Numbered from the stretch's first letter, positions 26,554 through 36,762 are shown. The stretch is DNA of 64,000 nt from a virus (IMGVR_UViG_3300037455_000543:347136-411135), one strand, 5' to 3'. Program-made: numbers and translations. The notes: generated by a model from the sequence alone, not told the origin.

Positions 26554-27098
26554 CACAAGAAGACAAGAATAAATTCGATTGGTTAAATCAAACTTCGTAT
26601 CTTTTACGATTGTTGCTTAACAAATATGGTTTTGAAATTGAAAAATTTACAATTACGAACAATGATGTTTGGCATGTCTTTTATGACAAGACAATCGTAG
26701 GAAGTATCACATTCAGAACAGACGAAGATAATTTTACCTATTGTAATTTAAGACTTTATAAATATTTTTCTTTAAAGTTTCCTAAAATAAAAGACTTTAT
26801 TATGTCTGAATATTTTGAATTCGAAGACGGAAAACGTGTTCGGTTCAAGTTCGATGACTTTGAAGAATATATTGAAAAAGTATTGACTTGTGTAAATTCA
26901 TTGATAGTAAAGCAGAAGGAAACGCCAGAAGAGCAAGATGATTTAAGCGATAGTATATCGAGGCTTAAAGAATATTGTGAAGAATATGACAGTAAGTTTT
27001 CGAATAATATAATGTTTAAGGATATTCGAAATATCCTTAACGAAAACCAAAGATTACTAAAAGAAATCGAAAAACTTAAAGCTTCTGCTGAAAGATAA
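26550..27098 (+). CDS. hypothetical protein
   Basis: ATGA coupling. Confidence 0.75.
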   Translation: MTQEDKNKFDWLNQTSYLLRLLLNKYGFEIEKFTITNNDVWHVFYDKTIVGSITFRTDEDNFTYCNLRLYKYFSLKFPKIKDFIMSEYFEFEDGKRVRFKFDDFEEYIEKVLTCVNSLIVKQKETPEEQDDLSDSISRLKEYCEEYDSKFSNNIMFKDIRNILNENQRLLKEIEKLKASAER

Positions 27099-27155
27099 CT
27101 GGTGAATATACTGGATTGAGAACGGGTTAACAAACCCGTTCTTTTTTATTATATT
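27098..27155 (+). promoter_or_regulatory. promoter/terminator stem-loop with ACTG box
   Basis: ACTG at 27098; AGAACGGGTT/AACCCGTTCT hairpin; TTATATT at 27149. Confidence 0.75.
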
Positions 27156-27176
27156 TGATATATCAAAGGATTTAAA

Positions 27177-28253
27177 ATGGCAAAGACTAAACAGAAATAT
27201 CTTGTTTTAAAGGTTGTTCGCCTTGATGAAAAGAACGAACTGTATAAAAATATCTATCGTGTAACCGATGAAACTGGAACATTGAACCTGCTCGGTTATT
27301 ATGACGAAAAGGAAACAGAACCTGTTGTAATCCTTACCAATAAGGCTGTTCTTGAATATGATTGGAATGGCATTGCTGCAAGAGTTCAGAAACTTAATAA
27401 AGATTTCTGCGAACAGTTTGTGGACAAGTCTAAGATCATCGTTATTACTGAAGAGGCTAAGACTGAAGAAGTCGGTCAGAATTTCCGTATTGTGGATAAT
27501 GTCATGTTCATTACTGAACATCGATATAATTCTCAGTTCAAGGAAGAAAATATCGTTGTCGAAAAGCCTAAGGTTGAAGTTGTTGAACCTAATCCTGGGT
27601 TCTTTACAAAGCTTAAGAGACAGCTTTTCCCAAATAAGGTTAAGCAAAAGGCTCCGGAAGAACAATACAAAACTTTTGTTGGCGATTTGACAGAAGATGA
27701 AAAAAGTGCAGTCAAGCATATTGGCTGGGGTGTAGCGTTTGTGCTTATCTTGGCTGTCGGTTTTGTTTGGCTTGATCAACATTATTCAGAAAGATATACG
27801 CCTACTGAGGTAACTGAAGAGTTCATGAAGAATATTACTCAGACTACTACTAAAACGGTGTTCGATTCTGTTCATGTTGATACTATTGCTATTCCTGATA
27901 CGATTACTTTTAACCATGATTTCCAGCTTACTCAGGAACAACAGCGTATTGCTGATTCTTTAGCAAGAGAAAAGCGTTATGCTGACAGTGTTAATCTGTA
28001 TCTTAGACTTCATAGAAAGGTAAAGGTTTCGTTGCATTCCGCCATTAACGATGGTCATACTGAAAGAACTGCTAAGACTGAAATGGTTGCTGATTCTCTT
28101 AGGGAACAGGATATTAAACAGCTTACTACTGTTATTAACCAGATGACCAAGGAAATGAACAACGAAAGACTTGAAGAGCTTAAGCAAAATCGATTCATTA
28201 CTCCTGGTAAAGAAAGTAATTTCATTATTGGTATGAGCAAGAAGGATGACTAA
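27177..28253 (+). CDS. single-pass membrane protein (C-terminal domain paralogous to 28253)
   Basis: TM IGWGVAFVLILAVGFVWL. Confidence 0.8.
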   Translation: MAKTKQKYLVLKVVRLDEKNELYKNIYRVTDETGTLNLLGYYDEKETEPVVILTNKAVLEYDWNGIAARVQKLNKDFCEQFVDKSKIIVITEEAKTEEVGQNFRIVDNVMFITEHRYNSQFKEENIVVEKPKVEVVEPNPGFFTKLKRQLFPNKVKQKAPEEQYKTFVGDLTEDEKSAVKHIGWGVAFVLILAVGFVWLDQHYSERYTPTEVTEEFMKNITQTTTKTVFDSVHVDTIAIPDTITFNHDFQLTQEQQRIADSLAREKRYADSVNLYLRLHRKVKVSLHSAINDGHTERTAKTEMVADSLREQDIKQLTTVINQMTKEMNNERLEELKQNRFITPGKESNFIIGMSKKDD

Positions 28254-29041
28254 TGAGTAATGATGAATGGAAGAAATTCTGGGAAGATAGATTAATTAAA
28301 GGAGATGGCGGTTATTATCGAGACAACAATGGTCAAATTAGAAAGCTAAAGTCTAATGAATACATTGATCAATATGGTAATTTACAAAAACGATATGGTT
28401 ATTATAATGAAGAATATCATCCGCATTGTACTTTTGTAGAACCGGCTCAATATAAAGATGACCATTATGAAGGAGATGGTGTGGAAGATTTACCTTTGGT
28501 ATTAAAACTCTTTATTTCTTGTTTTGTTCTTTTTGTTTTCTTGGGTGTACTTGTATTATTGCCCATTCATGACAATGTTCCACCTGTTGTTATTACAGAA
28601 AAGAAAACAACTGTCGTAGATTCTGTTTCTGCATTTGACATTAATCAAGAAAAAGACTTGACGACGCAGATGATAGATGAAAAGAAACAGCAGATGGCAG
28701 AAGTCAATGAAGAAATCAAGAAAATTCAAGAAAAGAAGGCTACTGCTGATACATTAAAGGCTAATAAGAAAGAACGTCTTACTATGACTGCCTTGGTTGA
28801 CGATGGTTTTATTACCCGCGAAATTAAGGCTGAGGCTGAAGTTGATAGTGTTACTGATGATGCGATCGATATGCTATCTCAGTCATTACAGACAACAGTT
28901 GATAGTATTGCTTTACAGACTAAGTTAAAGACTTACATGAGAGCTCAGTTGGAAAACGGTGATACTGCTACGGTTGCATTGTTGATGCGTGCGAGAGACT
29001 GGAGTCTGGACGAGTTGATTGAGGTATTTGGTTTAGAGTAG
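28253..29041 (+). CDS. single-pass membrane protein
   Basis: TM LFISCFVLFVFLGVLVLL; C-terminus similar to the 27177 protein. Confidence 0.8.
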   Translation: MSNDEWKKFWEDRLIKGDGGYYRDNNGQIRKLKSNEYIDQYGNLQKRYGYYNEEYHPHCTFVEPAQYKDDHYEGDGVEDLPLVLKLFISCFVLFVFLGVLVLLPIHDNVPPVVITEKKTTVVDSVSAFDINQEKDLTTQMIDEKKQQMAEVNEEIKKIQEKKATADTLKANKKERLTMTALVDDGFITREIKAEAEVDSVTDDAIDMLSQSLQTTVDSIALQTKLKTYMRAQLENGDTATVALLMRARDWSLDELIEVFGLE

Positions 29042-29099
29042 TAAGTATTGACGAATTTAATCGTTTTTACTATATTTAAATCGATTAAAGGAGTAATTA

Positions 29100-29633
29100 A
29101 TGTTCAAAAGCAAACCGATTATCCATATATTATTCATGATTCTAACAGAGTTTGTTCTCTGTTATGGATTAACTTATGCAATTTCATATATTGCAAGTCG
29201 TCCTGATGGACATGTAAGATATGTATCTACTATATCTGAAAATGGAGATCTTGAAGATGTTTTAGATATTGCAGGAATTAAGTATCGGGATGCTTTCGAA
29301 CGTCTTAATTATGATACACAGTATAGGATTAAGCATGAAGTGCTTAGGAAGATGACTATTCCATATCACTATACAGAAAAGGAATTCAAAAATACTGTAT
29401 GGTTTTGGACATGGGTAGTATTTACTATAAGTATGTTCTTGTTTTTCTTTATTGCTATGTTTGCACATGATACTGGAGATGTTGTGGCTTCACCTATATT
29501 TTGCAAAATATTGTGTTGTTTATTGACAATTCTACCAGCATCAGTGAATGAACCTATTAAAACTAGAAGACTAAGACGACACGAAAAAATTACCAGTTTA
29601 CTTAATAACTTTAACAACTACGGGGTAAAATAA
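29100..29633 (+). CDS. membrane protein
   Basis: Three hydrophobic segments; own promoter TTGACG...CTATATT. Confidence 0.75.
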   Translation: MFKSKPIIHILFMILTEFVLCYGLTYAISYIASRPDGHVRYVSTISENGDLEDVLDIAGIKYRDAFERLNYDTQYRIKHEVLRKMTIPYHYTEKEFKNTVWFWTWVVFTISMFLFFFIAMFAHDTGDVVASPIFCKILCCLLTILPASVNEPIKTRRLRRHEKITSLLNNFNNYGVK

Positions 29634-29634
29634 T

Positions 29635-29865
29635 ATGATGATTGGATATGAACGATACGAACTTCGTGATACTGATCCGGATATTACTGGTATGATTATG
29701 CTTTTAACCGCAGTCATGTTTATTTTTGGTATTATCATGTCTATCACATGTGAAAGTCTCCCGTCTAAGGAAATTGAACAAGAATTGCTTAATAAAAAAT
29801 GCGAATATGTTAAGGGTTATATTGACAGCCAGAATATGATCCCTAACTGGCAAAAGGGGTGGTAA
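29635..29865 (+). CDS. small membrane protein
   Basis: One TM segment. Confidence 0.6.
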   Translation: MMIGYERYELRDTDPDITGMIMLLTAVMFIFGIIMSITCESLPSKEIEQELLNKKCEYVKGYIDSQNMIPNWQKGW

Positions 29866-30422
29866 TGCCAGCACATAAAGTTCTTATTTATATTGCCATG
29901 CTTATTTTTGAAATTTGGGCATGGAATTTTATTGGAAATGGTATAGCGACTGCCGTTACTAGTAAAGATAAGCAATATGAAATTAGTAGTGATTGCAATT
30001 GTGAGCACGAAGTTTTACAACGTATTAAACATGCAAATATTAGCGATAGTGATAAAGCAAAGTATTTAACAAAATATACTTTGATGAATCCTTTTGAAAA
30101 AGAATTCTTTGAAAAAGAGATTAAAAATGCTCCTATTACTATTACTTATGATGAAAGAGTAATTATTCTGACAAGACGAATTTCTATACTTGGAATTACA
30201 TTTAGTTTCTTATTTACAATGATATTTGTAATAGTACTAAATCAAAGTGGCGGTAATGGGCATCTTGCGCCACCGCTTTGTTGGGTTGTTATAGGTATTA
30301 TTATGCTTGTTTATTATTTTACAGGCGGTAAGAAAGAACGAGATGCAAAAAAGAGAGAAAATCTTCATAAAAAAATTTCTGGATTGACTGAAAAATTTAA
30401 ACAGTTTAATAGGATGGCATAA
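29865..30422 (+). CDS. membrane protein (paralog of 29100)
   Basis: Three TM segments; GNGHLAPP matches GDVVASP; similar C-terminal tail. Confidence 0.75.
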   Translation: MPAHKVLIYIAMLIFEIWAWNFIGNGIATAVTSKDKQYEISSDCNCEHEVLQRIKHANISDSDKAKYLTKYTLMNPFEKEFFEKEIKNAPITITYDERVIILTRRISILGITFSFLFTMIFVIVLNQSGGNGHLAPPLCWVVIGIIMLVYYFTGGKKERDAKKRENLHKKISGLTEKFKQFNRMA

Positions 30423-30991
30423 TGTATAAATTTCTTAGTAAATTCTTAATTGACGACTATGAAGCATATGAAGCTGACGCATTTTGTGCAATACAGACTG
30501 GTGTATGTATTGTTATGCTTATTGCAGGTATTATTTTAAGTGTTATTCCTGAGATTATGATTTTTCCGAATGATATACAGCAACGTCTTGGTGAACATAA
30601 GCGTGAACTAATCTTTAATCGACTAGATCAGGAAACTACATCTGTTAAGCCTCTTATATCTTCTGCACCAGCAAAGGCTGTAAAAGAAGCTCCTATGTCA
30701 ATGGTTCCACTGGTTTTTGCAACAACACCTACGCCTATGACTAAAAAGGATAGTGTTGTAAAGGAAGAAAAAGTAGAAGCTCAGCCAAAAGTAGCAGAAC
30801 ATAAAAATGTTCCTGCGAATTTGAAAGCAATTCCTAATAAGCCTTTGTCGGCAGCTCCTGCAAATGTTGAAGTGACTAAAGGACCGACATATACTTGGAG
30901 AAGTTCTGGAAATACTGTAAAGATTACATATCCAGACGGAAGAGTTGAAATTGTAAGTAAATCTTTATTGCCATATCTATTGGGTAAGTAA
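30422..30991 (+). CDS. membrane-anchored protein with Pro/Ala-rich linker
   Basis: One TM segment and a low-complexity linker. Confidence 0.7.
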   Translation: MYKFLSKFLIDDYEAYEADAFCAIQTGVCIVMLIAGIILSVIPEIMIFPNDIQQRLGEHKRELIFNRLDQETTSVKPLISSAPAKAVKEAPMSMVPLVFATTPTPMTKKDSVVKEEKVEAQPKVAEHKNVPANLKAIPNKPLSAAPANVEVTKGPTYTWRSSGNTVKITYPDGRVEIVSKSLLPYLLGK

Positions 30992-31647
30992 TGAAAATAA
31001 TGTTAGACATGGACGGTGTATTAACCGATTATGATTCTTGGCTTGATTATCACAATGCAAGAAAAGAAAACGGTAAAACAAATTGGGGAAAAGTCGGAAA
31101 GATTGGTTCCTCATTTTGGTCTAATATGCCATGGAATTTAGAAGGTCATAAGCTTTATAATCTTATTCTTGATTATATAAAGGATAAACCTAATATTCAG
31201 TTAGGTATTCATTCAGCTATTGGAATGGAATGCGGTAAAGTTGGAAAACGTTACTGGTTAGAAAGAAATTGTCCTGAAATTTCTATGGATTTAGTAAAGC
31301 TGGATAATGACGGTCATTTTAAATATAGAACTGGTGCATTTGATGAAATTCTTGTCGATGATAGATTGCCAAATATTGAGTCTTATGTAGCTGCAGGATT
31401 TCCTGGAGTATTGTTTACCAATGCACAAGAAACGTTTGACGGTATTGTCAAGATTATCGATGATTATAAGAAACGACCTGATTATAAGGAAATTCTTAGA
31501 TTATTGAAGAAAGAACGTGAATGTGTCATTAGAGCAGAACATTGTGACAGGAATTGTGCTAAATGTGATTTAGTAGAAGACCCTGTAGCAGTTATTGCTA
31601 TGTATGACAAGGTAATCGAAGCATATTCTAAATTGGTAGAAGTATGA
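30991..31647 (+). CDS. HAD-family 5'(3')-deoxyribonucleotidase-like protein
   Basis: LDMDGVLTD, FWSNMPW, GKRYWL, ILVDDR. Confidence 0.85.
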   Translation: MKIMLDMDGVLTDYDSWLDYHNARKENGKTNWGKVGKIGSSFWSNMPWNLEGHKLYNLILDYIKDKPNIQLGIHSAIGMECGKVGKRYWLERNCPEISMDLVKLDNDGHFKYRTGAFDEILVDDRLPNIESYVAAGFPGVLFTNAQETFDGIVKIIDDYKKRPDYKEILRLLKKERECVIRAEHCDRNCAKCDLVEDPVAVIAMYDKVIEAYSKLVEV

Positions 31648-32150
31648 AATTAAAATATAAAGAACTTTATAAACATGTTTTAAAAGAATATCAGCAATTT
31701 AGTAAGTGTGCCAGATTACATGTAGCGGCATTGCTTGTCAATGACGGTAGAATTCTTTGTTGCGGTTATAATGGAACACCAGCAGGACAAATAAACTGTA
31801 ATGAATTATTTAAAGGCGAAGTAATTAATGGTGTATCACATTATTATTTGAGAGATAATCCATATGAAGAATGGCGTGAGACCGATGAACAAGATTGGCG
31901 AGCTGCGCATCATGAATTCGCTAACAAGAACGAATTGCATGCTGAACAAAACCTTCTTGGTCAATGCTTACAAAAGAATATTAATGTAACAGACTGTTCT
32001 ATTGTAATATCTCATGAACCGTGTGAAAGTTGCGCAAGGTTAATTCTTGCGGCAGGTATTAAACATGTGCTATATGTTGACAAGTATGACCGAGGTTCAC
32101 GGGGAATTGAGTTCCTCACGGCAAACGGGGTAAAAGTAGAGCAGTTCTAA
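31644..32150 (+). CDS. cd: dCMP deaminase
   Basis: SKC...GYNG, ELHAEQN, PCESC; T4 Cd-like insertion. Confidence 0.9.
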   Translation: MKLKYKELYKHVLKEYQQFSKCARLHVAALLVNDGRILCCGYNGTPAGQINCNELFKGEVINGVSHYYLRDNPYEEWRETDEQDWRAAHHEFANKNELHAEQNLLGQCLQKNINVTDCSIVISHEPCESCARLILAAGIKHVLYVDKYDRGSRGIEFLTANGVKVEQF

Positions 32151-32208
32151 GTATTGACGGTTATGACTGATTTTACTATATTAATGACATAAAATTAAGG
32201 AGTCATTA

Positions 32209-32859
32209 ATGAGTTATCACGACGACAGCAATACTGGTTGCACAATCATCTTTAGCATTGCAGCACTTGCTTTTTGCTTCTTGTTTGCAATGTGTCAAAA
32301 CTCCTTGGTAGACAAGGACTTAAACAAAGTCTCTGCTACCGCGAAGAGTGAATATCTTGAGCATAATACCGAAAGCTGGGGAAATAAGCTTGTCGGCGGT
32401 AACAGCATGAAGAAGGCTGTTTATGCTACTTATCAAGGTATTGCAAAGGAAAACAACATTTCTGTTTATGAAGCAGTAAAGCAAACAAGAGGAAAGTTTG
32501 CTGGTCAATTTAAGACTCATTTCCGCTCTCTTGGTTCTTTCTTAGCTTTGCCTAATATCAGGAATGCATATCGTTCTGATGATATGGGTAAGCAAGTAGT
32601 TGTCGTTCATTTCACCTGGCAAGAATGTAGCGGTAGTGGTGACAATCATCATTGTTGGACTGAACATGATGAAGTTATTATTCCTGAAATCGTTCAACCT
32701 AAGATGAACTATGATAAAGACAGGTATGAAAACCAATCTTATGATGAACCCGAAGAAACTGGCACTGTAGGTATTGACTATGAAGGTTTTGATATGCAGA
32801 TAAACCATCAGCCTACTGTCGGTATCGACTATGACAACTTTGATATGGTTGTCGAGTAA
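32209..32859 (+). CDS. membrane-anchored or exported protein
   Basis: N-terminal TM segment; CSGSGDNHHC; duplicated C-terminal TVGIDYxxFDM. Confidence 0.75.
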   Translation: MSYHDDSNTGCTIIFSIAALAFCFLFAMCQNSLVDKDLNKVSATAKSEYLEHNTESWGNKLVGGNSMKKAVYATYQGIAKENNISVYEAVKQTRGKFAGQFKTHFRSLGSFLALPNIRNAYRSDDMGKQVVVVHFTWQECSGSGDNHHCWTEHDEVIIPEIVQPKMNYDKDRYENQSYDEPEETGTVGIDYEGFDMQINHQPTVGIDYDNFDMVVE

Positions 32860-32940
32860 AAGGGGTTTACAACAGGACAAAAATTTACTATATTTAAATC
32901 AAACAAAACAATTAACACATTAAATTAAAAGGAATAAAAA

Positions 32941-33579
32941 ATGAAAACTAAGTTCAATATTTTCAAGATTTTCGGTAAGAAGATTTCTGATGGTCTCCAG
33001 AAGATGATCGACACGAAGGACAAGCTTGAATACATCCGTTCACATTATCAGGACGAAGTTGACAAGTATGTTGAATCCTCCGAAGGTTTGCTTGTTACTG
33101 AAAAGGCTCTCCGTGACAAGGTAAAGGAACTGGAAGACAAGACCAAGGCTCTCGAAACTACCGCTAAGAATTATGTCAAGAACGGTGAACTTGAAAAGGC
33201 TAAGACTGCTTTCGTTAGCTTCACTGGAACCAAGAATGCTCTTGACACCGCTAAGGAAAGCTACAAGGTTATTTCTGAACAGTGCCTCAAGGTTAAGGAA
33301 AATCTCAGTAAGGTCGAAATCAATAAGCTTATGCTCAATGCTAAGATTGATTCTCTCAAGGAACAGATTGAAGTTCTCAAGCTCTCTGACTTCGATGGCG
33401 TAAACTTCAGCCAGGAATGCGACGACATGCTTAAGGAAGTCGAAGACGAAATCAAGATGACCAAGTACAAGGTCGAAGTTAAGAAGGACGTTAAGCAGAT
33501 CATGAATGCTAGTGCTGAACCGGCTAAGATGACTTCTGTCGATGCTGATTTCAATGCTTTCGTCGAAGCTAACCGCTAA
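32941..33579 (+). CDS. PspA/IM30-like coiled-coil protein
   Basis: 212-aa all-helical protein; FNIFKIF N-terminus; GELEKAK; VDADF C-terminus; highly expressed codon bias. Confidence 0.55.
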   Translation: MKTKFNIFKIFGKKISDGLQKMIDTKDKLEYIRSHYQDEVDKYVESSEGLLVTEKALRDKVKELEDKTKALETTAKNYVKNGELEKAKTAFVSFTGTKNALDTAKESYKVISEQCLKVKENLSKVEINKLMLNAKIDSLKEQIEVLKLSDFDGVNFSQECDDMLKEVEDEIKMTKYKVEVKKDVKQIMNASAEPAKMTSVDADFNAFVEANR

Positions 33580-33605
33580 TCTTTGAAGAAATTCAAATAA
33601 AAATT

Positions 33606-33640
33606 AAGGATGATCCACAGGGTCATCCTTTTTCTATATT
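33606..33640 (+). terminator. terminator overlapping the next promoter
   Basis: AAGGATGAT/GTCATCCTT hairpin plus T-tract, then CTATATT. Confidence 0.7.
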
Positions 33641-33647
33641 TACTATT

Positions 33648-33785
33648 ATGAGATATATTTTACTTATAATAGGTTTATTTTTAATCGGGTGTGGAGAGAC
33701 CGTCAATCAACCTCCTATTAATGATTGTTATTCTACAAGTGATTCTACAGTTGTTTGTAGCGATGTTCAGTATCAGAGGTATTAA
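33648..33785 (+). CDS. small lipoprotein (45 aa)
   Basis: MRYILLIIGLFLIG-C lipobox; leaderless. Confidence 0.6.
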   Translation: MRYILLIIGLFLIGCGETVNQPPINDCYSTSDSTVVCSDVQYQRY

Positions 33786-33787
33786 TA

Positions 33788-34405
33788 ATGAGTGACCAGA
33801 ATGAATTTTTAACTGATTTTTCAGTCAATTTCTTTACAGATTTTTCGAAGTCATTCAGTGGGAATGATATTTCTGCATATAAGCCATATGAACCCGTTGA
33901 ATCAAAATTTATCGAACCTTCATCGTATAAAATGCCCGATGATGCTGACGAGATTATTCGAAAAGAATGGGACAAGAATCCTTCAGAACCTGAAGTTAAA
34001 GAACCTAGTTTTGAAGATGAGTATAAAAAATTTATTAAAAGTAATAAATTTAAAAAATTACATGACGATTTTCAGAACATGGAGAGAATGAATGAAGATT
34101 GGAATAAGAAATATAAAAATAAAGAAGAAGAAAAAATAATTAAGCAGCATAAGGCTAAGTATAAAGAATATATTGACGAATATGAAGAAGAACGTAAAAA
34201 TTCTACAATAGAATATATTCCGAGTGGCATTTCTAATTATCCGAGAGTCGATACAGCATTTGATTTATTATATAGAGGCATTGATAGGAATACAGAAGAA
34301 ATTGCAAAGAGTATTGGCTGTGTAATTAAAGGCCAGACATTATATCCTATAGATTGGTCTAAAGAAGAAGTAGAAGAATTGAATAGGAGATTAAAGAGAA
34401 AATGA
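33788..34405 (+). CDS. hypothetical protein
   Basis: SD GAGGT. Confidence 0.75.
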   Translation: MSDQNEFLTDFSVNFFTDFSKSFSGNDISAYKPYEPVESKFIEPSSYKMPDDADEIIRKEWDKNPSEPEVKEPSFEDEYKKFIKSNKFKKLHDDFQNMERMNEDWNKKYKNKEEEKIIKQHKAKYKEYIDEYEEERKNSTIEYIPSGISNYPRVDTAFDLLYRGIDRNTEEIAKSIGCVIKGQTLYPIDWSKEEVEELNRRLKRK

Positions 34406-35061
34406 TAGTTACTTTTATTAGATGGTTTATATTTTCCGCAATCATTATTCTGTCATGCTGTTGTATGATGGAACCAATTCCAGGACATGAAGTAGTTTCT
34501 CAAAATATTGCATTTTTTATAGTTTGCGGTATTACAGGGTGGTTATTAGCAGATTATAATACTATTCGATTGTATAAGAAAGCTAATGAAGAATTAACTT
34601 ACCATGTAGAATGGTTAATGGAAAAGAATGGAATTACTGCTACACCTGAGCCAGTTAAGATAATTAGACTAACCAAACTAAATGAACATTTAGTTAATAT
34701 GTATAATGGTTGGTTAAAACAATATAGAGAATTTCCTACTTTATGGGATGCTATTGAAACATATTACAAAGATTGTCAGATTAGCGGTGATAAGGGTTTC
34801 ATTCTTGACGTTCAAGAACAACAAAAAGAAGAAGATCCAAAACCACATTCTGTATATTATACAGTAACTACTTATGGAATGAGAGTTACTGACGATATAA
34901 AGGCTCTTCGAGAAATTGGTGTTCCTTTACAGATTAATGAATATACAAGAGAAGAAGATCCGAATAAGATTGTTAGAGTTTTATCTTGCACCATTCCTGA
35001 ATGGATGCTTGGTTTAACAAAAGACGAAATTTTAAAGGAGTATAAAAAAGCAAATGGATGA
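34402..35061 (+). CDS. membrane protein
   Basis: Two N-terminal TM segments. Confidence 0.75.
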   Translation: MIVTFIRWFIFSAIIILSCCCMMEPIPGHEVVSQNIAFFIVCGITGWLLADYNTIRLYKKANEELTYHVEWLMEKNGITATPEPVKIIRLTKLNEHLVNMYNGWLKQYREFPTLWDAIETYYKDCQISGDKGFILDVQEQQKEEDPKPHSVYYTVTTYGMRVTDDIKALREIGVPLQINEYTREEDPNKIVRVLSCTIPEWMLGLTKDEILKEYKKANG

Positions 35062-35530
35062 AGAATTAAAAGAATTCTTTGATGAAGATAAAGAATCTAA
35101 GTCGATTGACTGGAATATATGGCATAACAAAGTTAAAGATGCTAAGACTGCATTTCAGATTGATGACATGATTCTAATTTGTGAAAAATTGAATATCGCA
35201 TTTGGCGAAGATGACCCGATTTCATATGGTGGCATTAGTGAATTGCTTGATAGTGCGATGGAATGGTTAATTGTTCACTATAATAATAAGTGGGACGGCG
35301 TAATTAGAGACAGTGATAAAATACGCTGTTATGGATTTAATTATTACCGTGATGAAGGTGGATTTTTTACAATAGAGAACCATTTTAAAACCACCGGTAA
35401 TACAAATACTGATTTGGATTATATAGATCCGTATATTAGAATTTCTCTTGTTCCGACAAGTTTCGGTTTGATGGATGTTAAAGACCTTTATTTTAAAATT
35501 GAATTTATAGTAGCATCACAGATGTGGTGA
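35054..35530 (+). CDS. hypothetical protein
   Basis: SD AAGGAG. Confidence 0.75.
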   Translation: MDEELKEFFDEDKESKSIDWNIWHNKVKDAKTAFQIDDMILICEKLNIAFGEDDPISYGGISELLDSAMEWLIVHYNNKWDGVIRDSDKIRCYGFNYYRDEGGFFTIENHFKTTGNTNTDLDYIDPYIRISLVPTSFGLMDVKDLYFKIEFIVASQMW

Positions 35531-35531
35531 A

Positions 35532-36149
35532 ATGGAGTCAAAAATGAGACAAGTAATAGATTGGGAAAAAATTGAAGATATCGCTGGCGCAGATCCAGAT
35601 TATATTTTCTACTGGAAGTATGATGGAACCTACTCTAAGGGCGATATTATGACATTAAGTAAACTTTCAGACAATAAACTTGCAGAAGTTATTGGTTTTA
35701 TGAAAGATAGAGAAAAGACTGAAGAAGAAAATCGTGGAATTGCTGAAGAAGAAGCAAGACAGGCAAAAGTTCTTTTTGAAGCATATTCAAAAATTGATTT
35801 CTGCACGCTTACAACATTGATTAATGAGCATTGGACAGAGGGCTTCGATGATGAATGTATTGATGTAAAATGTTCTGACTATATCGATATTACAAAGCAT
35901 GAATATGATATGATTGACCTTCAGAAAATTGTAAAGGCATTCTGTGATGAAGCATTGAAGCGTTATATGTCAGATTATGTTTCTTGGCTTACTTCTGAAA
36001 GAGATGATGAAAAGGCAGAAGAGCCATCAGGTCAGTTCTGTCATAACGGTATTTGTATTGACATTACTAAATGGGGCGTAAGTATTACATATAGTCCGAT
36101 TTCTATCTATGCTGCTGCTGAGGATGAAGTTATAGGAGTTGTTGAATAA
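35532..36149 (+). CDS. hypothetical acidic protein
   Basis: 205 aa, in operon. Confidence 0.75.
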   Translation: MESKMRQVIDWEKIEDIAGADPDYIFYWKYDGTYSKGDIMTLSKLSDNKLAEVIGFMKDREKTEEENRGIAEEEARQAKVLFEAYSKIDFCTLTTLINEHWTEGFDDECIDVKCSDYIDITKHEYDMIDLQKIVKAFCDEALKRYMSDYVSWLTSERDDEKAEEPSGQFCHNGICIDITKWGVSITYSPISIYAAAEDEVIGVVE

Positions 36150-36151
36150 CA

Positions 36152-36685
36152 ATGAATATTATATTAAATGATGGAACAAAAATAACTGACGCTACTGTTA
36201 GTGACATTCAGGAACTTATAAGCAGAGGCATAATTCATTCTGATTCTGCTTCAGCTACTAATTCACTTATAGATGATAATTGGAAAGCATGTAAGGATCC
36301 TTTTGAATCTTTAGTCGGTGACACAAATGACTTATTCGCTGCTTGCAAGGATTTATGCAAGGATAATGATAAAATTCCGCCTGAATATCATGATGGTGAG
36401 CCAGAAATAGATGGTAACAGTCCTGGTTTTGGTGCAATTCAAAACTTAATAGCTAAGGGTCAAGTAATTGATTGTCCAGATATTGACTTCCCGCAAGTCA
36501 ACTTTAGTGATAAGCCACTTTCAGCTAATATGCCATATGATTGTAAGCCATATACTGGTTTTACGGGTTTAACTGCTACAACAGCCTGTGAATCAACTGC
36601 ATGTAATCCTGTATGTGTTAAAATCTATGCAAATGATTCAGTAGCAAATGCACTTAGTGCTGTTTCAGAATATGGTAAATGGTAA
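36152..36685 (+). CDS. hypothetical protein (N-terminus similar to 45227)
   Basis: MNIILNDGTKI..TVSDIQEL matches MKIIFENGIEV..TVEEFKEL. Confidence 0.7.
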   Translation: MNIILNDGTKITDATVSDIQELISRGIIHSDSASATNSLIDDNWKACKDPFESLVGDTNDLFAACKDLCKDNDKIPPEYHDGEPEIDGNSPGFGAIQNLIAKGQVIDCPDIDFPQVNFSDKPLSANMPYDCKPYTGFTGLTATTACESTACNPVCVKIYANDSVANALSAVSEYGKW

Positions 36686-36695
36686 TTAAAAGATA

Positions 36696-36753
36696 ACTGT
36701 TTGATTTTTAATAAGTATATTGGGTTGACAACCAATATACTTTTTTCTATTAT
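36696..36753 (+). promoter_or_regulatory. promoter/terminator stem-loop with ACTG box
   Basis: ACTG at 36696; AGTATATTGG/CCAATATACT hairpin around TTGACA; TATTAT at 36748. Confidence 0.8.
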
Positions 36754-36762
36754 TATATCTGT

